Made by a program: the position numbers and the translations under genes. 64,000 nt of DNA from Anaerolineaceae bacterium UBA4775 (GTDB lineage: Bacteria > Chloroflexota > Anaerolineae > Anaerolineales > Anaerolineaceae). How positions within the stretch are numbered: the first letter of the stretch is position 1; the number at the start of each line of letters is the position of its first letter. Positions 21,075-30,945 of this stretch are shown here, piece by piece. The notes under the pieces were generated by a model. It ran no database searches. It was not told the DNA's origin and was given only the letters and a program-made list of their open reading frames with translations. The DNA is taken from contig DHHJ01000022.1 of the NCBI GenBank assembly GCA_002403205.1, forward strand, positions 24,105-88,104. Direction: 5' to 3'.

Positions 21075-21986
21075 ATGCGATCATTGAAGAAAATCATCAC
21101 CCAGCCGCTTTTTTCGCTGTTGCTATTCGCAATTTTATTGAGTGCCTGTTCTGAACGTGTTGAAACGCCGCCTGAAATTGTTGAAACACCTTCGCCAGCT
21201 GAGCCGACCCTCACCCCGACCTCTGAACCGCCCACAGCGACTCCTTTGCCGGCAGTGGCCATCGTGAATGGCGAACGGATTCCCCTGGATTGGTTCCAAC
21301 GAGAAGTTGACCGCTATGTTCTGGCCCAAGAACGGCAGGGCAATGCCGATCTGGATTTGCCAGCTGTCCGCGAACTGGTCTTAAACGAACTAATTGAACA
21401 GCTCCTGTTTGCACAGGCTGCCCGCGCAGAAGGTGCCAGCTTTGATGACCGGGATGTGCAAGACCGGCTCGATCAACTCTCCACTGAGGTGGACCTCAGT
21501 GCCTGGATGGCAGATTGGAGCTACACCCAGGATGATCTGTTTGAGTCGTTGCGGCTGCAAATGCTTGTGGCTTACCAGCGAGACCTGATCACCGGTGTGC
21601 TGCCCGAAGCGGTTGAACAGGTTGAGCTGCAGCAAGTGTTTGCTTTTACAGAAGCGGGAGCCAACCGTGCGCTAGCCAGCTTGAACTCGGGAACGCCGTT
21701 TGACGATGTGGCTTTTGAGTTCAGCCCAGACACCGGCGGCTATTTGGGATGGGCTCCGCGCGGCTACTTGTTGGTGCCAGCGGTGGAGGAGGCGGTGTTT
21801 GATCAGCCGGTGGGGACATATACTGAGATCATTGAATCGGAACTGGGCTACCACATCGTGCTTGTGATCGCTCGGGAGGTGCGCCCGTTAACCTCGGATG
21901 CCCGGCAAGCCCTTGCGCGCCAGGCGCTGCATACCTGGTTGGCAGAGCAGTATGCGCAGAGCGTGATCGAGGTGCTGGCCGATTGA
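21075..21986 (+). CDS. SurA/PrsA-like foldase lipoprotein (parvulin PPIase)
   Basis: Lipobox LSAC, AIVNGE, GGYLGW, ESELGYHI. Confidence 0.8.
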   Translation: MRSLKKIITQPLFSLLLFAILLSACSERVETPPEIVETPSPAEPTLTPTSEPPTATPLPAVAIVNGERIPLDWFQREVDRYVLAQERQGNADLDLPAVRELVLNELIEQLLFAQAARAEGASFDDRDVQDRLDQLSTEVDLSAWMADWSYTQDDLFESLRLQMLVAYQRDLITGVLPEAVEQVELQQVFAFTEAGANRALASLNSGTPFDDVAFEFSPDTGGYLGWAPRGYLLVPAVEEAVFDQPVGTYTEIIESELGYHIVLVIAREVRPLTSDARQALARQALHTWLAEQYAQSVIEVLAD

Positions 21987-21987
21987 T

Positions 21988-22725
21988 ATGCGTAGAGATA
22001 AGCCGCCCCAGTACCCAAGAGACCCAATCCGGCACAGCCCACAGCGGCAATTGCCTTCTATGGCGACCCCGCGGCGCCCGCAGGAACCGAAAAAACCGGG
22101 TTTTTTAGGTTATGTGTTTGTCTTGGGGATTTTTGGGGGTTTGATCTGGCTGGTGATGCTGATTTTTAGCCTGGGGCCTTATGAAATGGATGGGGTCAAC
22201 TTTCCCCCTACGTTAACCCCAACCGACATCCTGATTTTCGGCTCGACACAGACACTGGCACCGTTCATCCCGGAGATGACCACCGAAACCTTCACGCTAG
22301 AGCCCTCAATAACGCCCTCGGTCACCCCGTCGCCAACCCTGGAATTGCTGCCGTACATTATCATCGGTGAGCCGGAAACCATGAGCAGTGCGCTGATCAG
22401 GCCTGCCCTGGGCTGCGATTGGCTGATCATCGCCGGGCAGGTGTGGGATCTGCAGGATGCGCCGGTGCGCGGGCTGACATTGCATCTGTTCGGTGAGCTG
22501 AATGGCTTTACGATCAATCGATTTTCGCAGACAGGATCAGCGCCGGATTACGGGGGATCGGGATATGAATTTATACTAGAAAACCTGGTGGTCGACAGCC
22601 AGGATAGCCTGTTCATACAGCTTGTGGATGCTGAGGGCATTCCGTATTCCCACCCGTATGCCCTTGAGACCTTCAACGATTGTCAGAAGAACCTGATCCT
22701 GGTCAATTTCAAGCAGGTCCGTTAG
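21988..22725 (+). CDS. Hypothetical membrane-anchored Pro/Thr-rich protein
   Basis: Single TM, PT linker, C-terminal beta-rich domain with Cys pair; start uncertain. Confidence 0.65.
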   Translation: MRRDKPPQYPRDPIRHSPQRQLPSMATPRRPQEPKKPGFLGYVFVLGIFGGLIWLVMLIFSLGPYEMDGVNFPPTLTPTDILIFGSTQTLAPFIPEMTTETFTLEPSITPSVTPSPTLELLPYIIIGEPETMSSALIRPALGCDWLIIAGQVWDLQDAPVRGLTLHLFGELNGFTINRFSQTGSAPDYGGSGYEFILENLVVDSQDSLFIQLVDAEGIPYSHPYALETFNDCQKNLILVNFKQVR

Positions 22726-22776
22726 GGATGATCCCAGGTTGCTCAGGACCAGGTTCTCGTTGACAGTGGTAATTAA

Positions 22777-23481
22777 TTATCCTCCCAGGTAAGCGCTGAT
22801 CACCATGGGGTTGTTCATCACTTCGTTCGCATGTCCTTCCAGTACGATCTTGCCAGTTTCGAGCACATAAGCCCGATCTGCAATGCTGAGGGCCATATGT
22901 GCGTTTTGTTCCACCAGCAAAACGCTGGTGCCGTGGTGGTTAATGTCCTGGATGATGTCGAAAATCTGCTCAACAAGAACGGGGGCCAGACCCATGGAGG
23001 GTTCGTCCAGAAGGAGCAGTTTCGGGTTGGGCATCAACCCGCGCGCCATTGCCAGCATCTGCTGTTCACCGCCCGATAAGGTACCCCCAAGCTGTCTTTT
23101 GCGGTCGCGCAGAACCGGGAAGCGCTCGAACATGGCTTCCATTTTGTCCTGGATGAGCTGGCGGTCATTAACGGTGTAAGCGCCCATTTCAAGGTTCTCT
23201 AAAACCGTCATCTTAGCAAAGATCTTGCGCCCTTCGGGCACATGAACAATCCCTTTTTGGACGATCGCTTGCGCAGGTTCATCGGAGATAATTTCACCGA
23301 GATACTCCACAGTGCCAACCTTTGCATGCAGGATGCCGGAAATGGTATTAAGTAATGTCGATTTACCCGCGCCATTGGCACCGATCAAGGTGACGATCTC
23401 ACCTTCCTGGAGGTTAAAACTTATGCCTTTAAGTGCGTGGATCGCGCCGTAATAAACATTGAGGTCAGTGACATTAAGCAT
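22777..23481 (-). CDS. livF: Branched-chain amino acid ABC ATPase
   Basis: GANGAGKST, LSGGEQQMLA, LDEPSMGLAP. Confidence 0.94.
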   Translation of the reverse strand: MLNVTDLNVYYGAIHALKGISFNLQEGEIVTLIGANGAGKSTLLNTISGILHAKVGTVEYLGEIISDEPAQAIVQKGIVHVPEGRKIFAKMTVLENLEMGAYTVNDRQLIQDKMEAMFERFPVLRDRKRQLGGTLSGGEQQMLAMARGLMPNPKLLLLDEPSMGLAPVLVEQIFDIIQDINHHGTSVLLVEQNAHMALSIADRAYVLETGKIVLEGHANEVMNNPMVISAYLGG

Positions 23482-24292
23482 TGTTTTTCCGCCTTTGCGA
23501 CCGATATTTTTCTGCCAGAGCTGCACCGCCAGGCCCCAGGTAAGCTTCGATCACCCTGGGGTTGGACTGGATTTCATCTGGCGAGCCTTCGGCAATTTTA
23601 GTGCCATAATCCAAAACCGTGATGCGGTCTGAAATACCCATCACAACTTTCATGTCGTGCTCGATCAAAATGATGGAAATTTCCAGTTCGTCCCGCAATC
23701 GTTGAATGAAGTGGGTTAAATCCGTCGTTTCCTGGATGTTCATGCCCGCGGTGGGCTCATCCAGCAGGAGCAGACGCGGCTTGTTGGCCAAAGCCCTGGC
23801 AATTTCCAGGCGGCGCTGCATACCATAAGGCAGGTTGGATGCCAGAAAGTCGCCGTAACCCTTCAGTCCCACAAAGTCCAACAGGCTCACCGCTTCCTCC
23901 ATTGACCATGAGTTCTCGCGTGTGAAGCGGGGTGAATGCATGATGGCATCCAGCCAGTTGGAGCGTAATTTGTTGTGCAAACCAATCAGGACGTTCTCCA
24001 TTGCGGTGAGATTGCCGAACAGGCGCACATTTTGATAGGTTCTTGAGATCCCCTGGCTGGCGATAAAGTTGGTCGGCATGCCCTGGATCGGGGTTCCGTA
24101 ATACAGGATATCGCCGGTCTCCGGGATGTAAAAGCCGGATATACAGTTGAACAGGGTAGTTTTACCTGCCCCGTTCGGTCCGATGATGCTGTAAATTGAT
24201 CCCTTAGGGATCTGTAGATCAACCTCGTTGACCGCTTTCAGCCCGCCGAAATATTTACTGACTTTGACAGCTTCGATGATGATTTCAGTCAT
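23474..24292 (-). CDS. livG: Branched-chain amino acid ABC ATPase
   Basis: GPNGAGKTT, LPYGMQRRLEIARAL, VIEAYLG. Confidence 0.94.
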   Translation of the reverse strand: MTEIIIEAVKVSKYFGGLKAVNEVDLQIPKGSIYSIIGPNGAGKTTLFNCISGFYIPETGDILYYGTPIQGMPTNFIASQGISRTYQNVRLFGNLTAMENVLIGLHNKLRSNWLDAIMHSPRFTRENSWSMEEAVSLLDFVGLKGYGDFLASNLPYGMQRRLEIARALANKPRLLLLDEPTAGMNIQETTDLTHFIQRLRDELEISIILIEHDMKVVMGISDRITVLDYGTKIAEGSPDEIQSNPRVIEAYLGPGGAALAEKYRSQRRKNNA

Positions 24293-25853
24293 CGCTCCTC
24301 CCTTCGTTTTCTTCCGGGTCGAGATCTTCCTTCAATCCAGTATTGCCTTTCTCCTCCAAATCCGGGCGAGAGGCAGGCCATAACCCTTCCGGGCGGACGA
24401 TCATCATGAAGACCAGCAACGCACCAAACACGAGCAAGCGGTAAGTTTCCAACTCCCGGAGGAGTTCCGGCAGACCCCTCAGGGCAAATGAACCCAGGAT
24501 GATGCCTGGGATGCTGTTAATGCCACCCACAATCACCACACTGAGCACATTGATGGAAACCATCAGTGTGTGGTCGTTGGGTCCGGTAAACTGGTTGCGA
24601 GCCGCAAAAATGCCACCCGCCAAACCGGCGAAGGCTGCGCCAACGCATAAGGCCAGCAGTTTATATTTTTGGACATCAACGCCGGTCGCCTGTGAAACCA
24701 ATGCGTCTTCCTTGATGGACAGCCATGCCCGGCCGGTGCGTGAATTTTCAATGCGATAATACAGGAAAATCGATACCGCCATGGCAATGATGATCAGGTA
24801 CGCATAAGACACATCATTGAACGGCATGCCTAAAAAGGTGGGCTGCTGGATGTTCTGAATGCCGCGTGGGCCGCCGGTCAGATCGGTCAACAAGTCGCTG
24901 TTGAGGAGGATGCGGATGATCTCACCAAAGCCCAGGGTGACGATGCCCAGGTAATCTCCCCTGAGGCGCATGATGGGCAAGCCAAGCAGCAGGCCGCCAA
25001 TCACCGCCATTACCACGCCCACGGCCAGGGAGGGCCAAAATCCCCACATCAAACCGTGGGGGAAGGGCGAGTTGAGTAAGGCCACACTGTAAGCCCCCAT
25101 GGCGAACAAGGCAGCGATGCCGATCATAAACTGGCCGGAAAGCCCGAGCATGATGTTCAACCCGATGCCTAAGATGACGTATATGCCGACCATGCCGAAG
25201 ACAAAGTTGTTGTAAGATCCCCACCTGGCAGGGAGCAATAAAAGGAGCACAAGCAATAACAGGTAAAAGATGTACTTTCCGTATTTTTTGACGTTGTCCG
25301 GCAGGCTGTCGGTAATGCGCTGGCGCAGGTTGCGGATGGACGTTTTGATTTTTTTGATGAAGTTCGCAACCGCCTGGGAGCGCAAACCCACTGCCAGGGC
25401 ACCGCCCAACACACCTGTGAGGGTAAATAAGCCGAAGAGCGTCAGGATCCCCATGCCTCGTAAGCCCAGCAAAAAGATGTCGATGCTGGCAAAGGAAAGG
25501 GCGGTAAGATACCGGCGGACATCGGTTTGGGTTTCGAGCAGGAAAAAGAGGATCAGACCAAACAGGGCGACCACAAGTCCTGTGGTCATTCCGCCGATCA
25601 GGCCTTCAAACAGTTTATTGGTGGTTGAGCCTTCACGCCTGACCGCTGACCATCCAGCCCACATCCCGAAGATGACCAGGAAAATGATCATAAAACGCAC
25701 TTCTGGAAAGGCACCGCGCAGCACGTTGGTGCCAAGCACCTTGCTGATCATGGTGGCTGCCATAATGTGGAAATTGATTAAGACCAGAAAGATCATCACT
25801 ATGCCAAAAAGGAGGCCTTTCTGGCTGCCCGTGCGAATGGTTTCCTTGTTCAT
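24285..25853 (-). CDS. livM: Branched-chain amino acid ABC permease with N-terminal extension
   Basis: RLRGDYLGIVTLGFGEI, TGGPRG, RPEGL. Confidence 0.9.
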   Translation of the reverse strand: MNKETIRTGSQKGLLFGIVMIFLVLINFHIMAATMISKVLGTNVLRGAFPEVRFMIIFLVIFGMWAGWSAVRREGSTTNKLFEGLIGGMTTGLVVALFGLILFFLLETQTDVRRYLTALSFASIDIFLLGLRGMGILTLFGLFTLTGVLGGALAVGLRSQAVANFIKKIKTSIRNLRQRITDSLPDNVKKYGKYIFYLLLLVLLLLLPARWGSYNNFVFGMVGIYVILGIGLNIMLGLSGQFMIGIAALFAMGAYSVALLNSPFPHGLMWGFWPSLAVGVVMAVIGGLLLGLPIMRLRGDYLGIVTLGFGEIIRILLNSDLLTDLTGGPRGIQNIQQPTFLGMPFNDVSYAYLIIIAMAVSIFLYYRIENSRTGRAWLSIKEDALVSQATGVDVQKYKLLALCVGAAFAGLAGGIFAARNQFTGPNDHTLMVSINVLSVVIVGGINSIPGIILGSFALRGLPELLRELETYRLLVFGALLVFMMIVRPEGLWPASRPDLEEKGNTGLKEDLDPEENEGRSDD

Positions 25854-26959
25854 ACTTTCTCCTCCGAGAGCACTTCACCCAGAAGGCCGGAAGGCCTAAA
25901 TACCAGGATGACGATCATGATCAAAAATGCGATCACATCCTTGAGCTGGAAGCTGATACCCAATGCTGTTGGCCCCAACGATTCGACCAGGCCCAGGAAC
26001 ATCCCGCCCAGCATGGCTCCAGGGATGTTGCCGATACCGCCCAACACGGCCGCCGTGAAGGCTTTGATGCCTGGGAGGAAGCCGACATAGAAATGCACGA
26101 GGCCGTTATGCAGTCCCCACATGACCCCTGCCGCACCGGCCAGTGCACCGCTGATGATGAAGGTGCGGCTGATGATCGCATCCACATCAATACCCATCAG
26201 CGCGGCCGTCTTCTTATCCGAGGCAACTGCCCGCATGGCCTTTCCCAATTTGGTTTTTTGCACCATTACGTAAAGACCAATCATGAGCAGGATCGAAAGC
26301 ACAAAGGTCAAAACACCCGTGTAGGTGATCACGATCCTGGACTCGTTGATCATCAGGTTCCAACCAGAACCACGTGCGATCGCCTGTGGGTTGGCATAGT
26401 CCCGCACCTGCGGGCTGAACAGCAGTTGGGCTGCATTTTGCAGGAAGAAGGAGGCGCCAATGGCGCTGATCAGAGGGATCAGGCGTGGTGCGCCGCGCAA
26501 CGGCCGGTAGGCGATCTTCTCCAGGAAATAACCTGCTGTGGCCGAAACGGTCATCCCTACCAGGAAAGCCAGGATCACCGAGAGAAATGGGTAGGCATCT
26601 GAAAAACTCAGTGGTGGATTACCTGCGCCTGCCACATTGATGCCTTTGGTGATTTCAAACAAAAAATAACCGGCAAAAGTTCCGATCATCATCACCTCGC
26701 CGTGGGCGAAGTTGATCATAAACAGAATGCCATAAACCAAGGTGTATCCGATGGCAATCAGTGCGTAAACGCCGCCAATGATCAGCCCGGAGATCAACAA
26801 ACGCACCCAGACTTCCGCTGAATAGGCTTGCTCGACAATTAGAACCAGATAAAGCCGCCATAGAATATATCCCAGCACAAGAATCCCAAAAATTGGGCGG
26901 ATAATCTTGGAATAATTTCTTCTTGTTAGTTTTGGGGGTGAGGATTGATTTGCATCCAT
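25850..26959 (-). CDS. livH: Branched-chain amino acid ABC permease
   Basis: YALIAIGYTLVYG, INFAHGE, AVLGGIG; start after GGAG. Confidence 0.92.
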   Translation of the reverse strand: MDANQSSPPKLTRRNYSKIIRPIFGILVLGYILWRLYLVLIVEQAYSAEVWVRLLISGLIIGGVYALIAIGYTLVYGILFMINFAHGEVMMIGTFAGYFLFEITKGINVAGAGNPPLSFSDAYPFLSVILAFLVGMTVSATAGYFLEKIAYRPLRGAPRLIPLISAIGASFFLQNAAQLLFSPQVRDYANPQAIARGSGWNLMINESRIVITYTGVLTFVLSILLMIGLYVMVQKTKLGKAMRAVASDKKTAALMGIDVDAIISRTFIISGALAGAAGVMWGLHNGLVHFYVGFLPGIKAFTAAVLGGIGNIPGAMLGGMFLGLVESLGPTALGISFQLKDVIAFLIMIVILVFRPSGLLGEVLSEEKV

Positions 26960-26998
26960 AGACTTCTCCAAACACCAATAGAGGTTTAGATAATACAT

Positions 26999-27024
26999 GC
27001 AGGGGAAGGTGTTCCTTCCCCTGC
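26999..27024. other. Intercistronic stem-loop after the substrate-binding gene
   Basis: GCAGGGGAAGG-4-CCTTCCCCTGC, no U-tract. Confidence 0.6.
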
Positions 27025-27046
27025 GATTGATCGTATCCTAAATCGA

Positions 27047-28279
27047 TTAGTTGACTGCGACGAAATCGCCGTTCTCAACGATCCAGAATGTCGGACCTTC
27101 GATATTGCAATCACCATCTGGGAAGCAGGTGTAGGTGCCGCTGATGCCAACATAGGAGGTCAGGTTGCGGACCGCATCCACCAGGGCGCCACGGGGGATA
27201 TATAGCGAGCCATCGGTGCCCACGAAGGAGACTTCCTTCACCATTTTGATGAGCATGGTGGTGGTGTCGTAGCTGTTCCAGGAGAAAGGTGAAAGTTCAC
27301 CAGGTGCCTGGCCCCATCGTTCCTGATAGGCTGCGTCAAAGCCATCCTTTTCAGGTGTCTCGGGAGGTGTACGTGGGGTAGCGTGATAGGTCCCTTCGCC
27401 ATTGGCGCCGGTGCGGGCCAGGTAGTCCACACCAAACGTGCCATCACAGCCGAAGAAGACGACGTATTCCATACCAGAGGTAGGCATATTATTGGTCAGC
27501 ACAACGCCTTCCTGGGTGTAACCACCAAAGTAGAGCGCATCGGGCGATTGGGCTGCGATGGTCGAGAGTACGGGGCTGTAATCTGCTTCACCGGGGGTGA
27601 TACCCATCAGTTCAACGACCTCGCCGCCGAGGGATTCAAACGTCGCCGCTGCGATTTCTGCCAAGCCTTTACCATAGTCCTGTCCATCGTGCAGGAAGGC
27701 AACCTTTCGGAAGCCCAGATCGTTGAACATATATTCAGCTGCGGCTTGACCCTGTGCTTCATCGGTGAAGGGAACCCGGTTGAATACTCTTGAACCCTGT
27801 CGGGTCAGATCTGGGTTGGTTGCAGAGGGCGAAAGCATGGGGATGCCGAGTTCTTCGTAAATGGGCATGGCAGCGAAGGTTGCACCTGAGAACAGGTGAC
27901 CGGCCACACCAACTACAGTGGGGTCGGCAGCAAACTTATTCGCCACGGCTGCGCCACCTTCCGGCGTCCCACCGTCATCTTCAGCGATCAGCTCAAACTG
28001 AAAACCCTCGTGTTCGCCAGCATCTGCAACAGCGATCATGCCTGCCTGCTCAGCATCGATGCCGAAGGCTGCATTACCGCCTGTCATGGGAGAACCCATG
28101 CCGATTTTGATGGTCTGACCGGGAGCGATCACTGCACAACCAAAATCGTCGTTTTCGCAGATTTCAGTTGGGTCTACGCCAACGGGTTCCTCGGCTTCAG
28201 GTGCTTCAGCGGCAGGCCCACAAGCGGATAGGATCATCACAAAGATGACCGCTAATATAAATAATCGACTAAGCTTCAT
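27047..28279 (-). CDS. Branched-chain amino acid ABC substrate-binding lipoprotein (LivK/LivJ-like)
   Basis: Lipobox LSAC, GHLFSG, SPSATNPDLT, YGKGLA. Confidence 0.92.
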   Translation of the reverse strand: MKLSRLFILAVIFVMILSACGPAAEAPEAEEPVGVDPTEICENDDFGCAVIAPGQTIKIGMGSPMTGGNAAFGIDAEQAGMIAVADAGEHEGFQFELIAEDDGGTPEGGAAVANKFAADPTVVGVAGHLFSGATFAAMPIYEELGIPMLSPSATNPDLTRQGSRVFNRVPFTDEAQGQAAAEYMFNDLGFRKVAFLHDGQDYGKGLAEIAAATFESLGGEVVELMGITPGEADYSPVLSTIAAQSPDALYFGGYTQEGVVLTNNMPTSGMEYVVFFGCDGTFGVDYLARTGANGEGTYHATPRTPPETPEKDGFDAAYQERWGQAPGELSPFSWNSYDTTTMLIKMVKEVSFVGTDGSLYIPRGALVDAVRNLTSYVGISGTYTCFPDGDCNIEGPTFWIVENGDFVAVN

Positions 28280-28381
28280 TTTATTCTCCTATTTGTTTAA
28301 TCTTATTGTGTGACAAGAATATACATTTGCCTTGATCGATGTTAATTGATAACGGAAACCTCCTTTCTCCGAGAACCAGGT

Positions 28382-28417
28382 AAACAAAACAGCCACCCTG
28401 TTTGTTGGGTGGCTGTT
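28382..28417 (-). terminator. Attenuator terminator in liv leader
   Basis: AACAGCCACCC-8-GGGTGGCTGTT then TTGTTT on minus strand, upstream of the first liv gene. Confidence 0.75.
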
Positions 28418-28460
28418 CGTAATTTCTGGTTTTGGATTTCTGATTCTCCCAGAGCTTAGG

Positions 28461-28550
28461 TTAAACCATCCCAACTGAGTCCAATTGGAAAACGGTATAC
28501 CAATAGTGCGTAATGAGGATAATGACAATCATAGTAACAAGAACATCCAA
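28461..28550 (-). CDS. Putative Ile/Val/Leu-rich leader peptide MDVLVTMIVIILITHYWYTVFQLDSVGMV (TTG 28550 or ATG 28532)
   Basis: Manual translation; run of branched-chain codons upstream of terminator and liv operon. Confidence 0.65.
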   Translation of the reverse strand: MDVLVTMIVIILITHYWYTVFQLDSVGMV

Positions 28551-28582
28551 CTCTGCGTCTCTGAGATTGATTAATTTTGCCG

Positions 28583-28591
28583 ATTGTAACA
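28583..28591 (-). promoter_or_regulatory. Extended -10 promoter for liv leader
   Basis: TG-T-TACAAT; overlaps direct repeat GTAACAGAT x2. Confidence 0.5.
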
Positions 28592-28808
28592 GATAGTAAC
28601 AGATGCCTTATTAAGATTGGTAGAAAGAAATGTTAACGTACACTTAACGATAAGGGGATGAATATAACAGTGGAATAACAGATATTGTGAAACTCTTCCC
28701 TATTATAACGAATGCTTTCATTTTTTTGCAAGCCTGTTTTTGCATTTATCTACGTGCCGCTGCCGTTGCCCGGGGGTTAATCGCAGCACCGGCATTGACC
28801 TGCAGGAT

Positions 28809-30026
28809 TTATTCGGCAGTCTGCCTGGGGAACAGGCTGAAGGTCTCATCTCCCGCAAATGGCCCGGTGAGGGGTTCGGCTGGCAGCGCCAGCACCCTAC
28901 TGTTGGCGAAGAATTCAAAGTCAAAACCGGTCTGTTCGCCAGCTGTCTTCCCGGGGATGGGCATCAAACGGGCAGTGAGGGGTTTATCCAATCTCAGGGA
29001 TAGGGCAGCCAGGTCGAGCAGGACGGCGGAAAGCTGCTCTACGCTGGTATCCCCCGGGAGGGGCAGGGTGTCAAGCCCGGTGCCGCACACGGCAGAATAC
29101 ATCAGCAGGTCGGTGATGCTCAACACACCCTGCGCACCCCGTTGTGCCAGGGTCGAATCCTCCAGCAAGGGGAGCATTATGCCATTGAAGCCCGTGCGCT
29201 GGTAGACAGCTCGGTCGAGGGTGTCGGTCAGGAAGGCGGCTGCGGCCAGGCTGCCAGAGAGGCCGAAGGCAGGAAGCCCCAATTGCTCAAGCGCATTACC
29301 AAGGGAGATCTCCGGCTCAGGGAAAGGAGCCAGGGTAAAGTCGAGCCCTTTGAATTGCATCTGGTAGGCATCAGCCAATTGCTGGCCGATGTTCTGCAGG
29401 GTTTTGGCATGGGTCTCAACCGCCTGGATCAGTGCCTCCTGTGCGGACTGCAAGGTTGGGGCGCCCGTGAAGGCACTCACCGCCAGGTCTGCTGCTTCGA
29501 GGGCCAGGGCGAAGGCGGGTGTTTTCCCATGGTGGTACGCCGCAGGGAAAAAAGGCGCCCAGGGCGGCACATTTGCCAGCGCGGCAAAGCGCAGGTTGGC
29601 AAAGCCGTTTTCTTCCAGGCGGGCTGCCTGGTGAATCACTTCTGCGCAGGCGCGCACCGCAGGAAGGCTGACCTCCCGGTGAGGTGTGGTGAGATGCCCG
29701 CTGAGGAACAGGTCACCAGAATGGGCTAAAAGGTCAGGAATGATCGGGTAGCTTTCCGGTATGCTCGTCAAGGTCGGCCCCAGGGCGACATATTCAAACC
29801 CCTCGCTATGCGCCAGGACTTCAATCCGGGCTGCGGCTTGCGCGTAGTCTTGCGGAGTGAGGAATTCAGGGAAGGGCGGCGTGGCCAGGCGCACAGTCTG
29901 GACAGGGTATCCACCCTGGGTGAAGGCGTGTCTGGCGTGTCTGGCGAAGGTACCTGCTTTCCCGAGCACCAGCTCGCTGATCGGCCAGCGGGGATGGACA
30001 AAGCATGTGATCGATCGGATGCGCAT
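28809..30026 (-). CDS. DUF711 family protein
   Basis: MRIRSIT, PFFPAAY, YSAVCGTGLDTLPLPGD, KPLTARL. Confidence 0.8.
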   Translation of the reverse strand: MRIRSITCFVHPRWPISELVLGKAGTFARHARHAFTQGGYPVQTVRLATPPFPEFLTPQDYAQAAARIEVLAHSEGFEYVALGPTLTSIPESYPIIPDLLAHSGDLFLSGHLTTPHREVSLPAVRACAEVIHQAARLEENGFANLRFAALANVPPWAPFFPAAYHHGKTPAFALALEAADLAVSAFTGAPTLQSAQEALIQAVETHAKTLQNIGQQLADAYQMQFKGLDFTLAPFPEPEISLGNALEQLGLPAFGLSGSLAAAAFLTDTLDRAVYQRTGFNGIMLPLLEDSTLAQRGAQGVLSITDLLMYSAVCGTGLDTLPLPGDTSVEQLSAVLLDLAALSLRLDKPLTARLMPIPGKTAGEQTGFDFEFFANSRVLALPAEPLTGPFAGDETFSLFPRQTAE

Positions 30027-30029
30027 AAT

Positions 30030-30818
30030 CTATGTTTCCTTGCGGATTGAGTATCTCTGCCGCATGACTTCAGCCATGAGGATACCTGCAGCCACAGCCG
30101 CGTTGAGTGATTCCGCCCGGCCAGCCATGGGGATGGTTACCCGCTGGGTAGCGATCTGTGCGCCCATCGGGCTGGCGCCGAAGGCTTCACTGCCGATCAG
30201 CACAGCGCAAGGCTGAACCAGGTCAACCTCCCAAAGCGGGATAAGTGCATTTGAATCAGCCAAGAAAATGGGCAATCCCTTCAGGTAAGCATGGATCTCA
30301 TGCCAGGGTGTGTGCTGAATCGGGAGATGAAAATGCGCACCCATGCCCGCCCGGAGGACCTTGGGAGAGAACGCGTCCACGGTGCCAGGGCTCAGCACAA
30401 CCGCATCGGCACCGGCAGCCTCTGCCGTTCTGAGAATGGCGCCCAGGTTGCCCGGGTCGCGGATCTGATCGGCGAGGACGACGAAGGTCGGGGAGGGCGG
30501 CAGGGGCAGCGGCATGAGGTTGAGCACCGCCAAAATGCCCTGGGGCGTCTCTGTATCGCTGATCTCTGCCATCAGCCCTGCGGCTATCTCGTAGGCCTCC
30601 ACGCCTGAAGGGGCTGGCGTACCCTCGATCAAGGTTTTGCCCCGCTTGGAGAGGGTTTGATCGTAAAGGATGAATTCCACTGGCCATTGCGAAGCAACGG
30701 CCTCCTCGACCAAGCGTACGCCTTCAACCACAAATGCGTCCTGCTTTTTTCTCTGGCGGGTTTGTGTTTGCAGAACACGCACGCGTTTGATCTTGGGGTT
30801 GCTGGCTGAGGTGATCAC
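30030..30818 (-). CDS. TrmH/SpoU-family RNA methyltransferase
   Basis: DPGNLGAILRTA, GSEAFG, ESLNAAVA. Confidence 0.92.
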   Translation of the reverse strand: MITSASNPKIKRVRVLQTQTRQRKKQDAFVVEGVRLVEEAVASQWPVEFILYDQTLSKRGKTLIEGTPAPSGVEAYEIAAGLMAEISDTETPQGILAVLNLMPLPLPPSPTFVVLADQIRDPGNLGAILRTAEAAGADAVVLSPGTVDAFSPKVLRAGMGAHFHLPIQHTPWHEIHAYLKGLPIFLADSNALIPLWEVDLVQPCAVLIGSEAFGASPMGAQIATQRVTIPMAGRAESLNAAVAAGILMAEVMRQRYSIRKET

Positions 30819-30945
30819 CTGGTTTTGATCCTTCTGTGCTTGCAGGTGATGTTAACACCTGCCGGTTATTGCATGGTTACTATTGTATCGGATAATGATT
30901 GGGCGTGGGGGGCAATTCGAGTTGGCCCTGCCAGTAGATGGCCTT

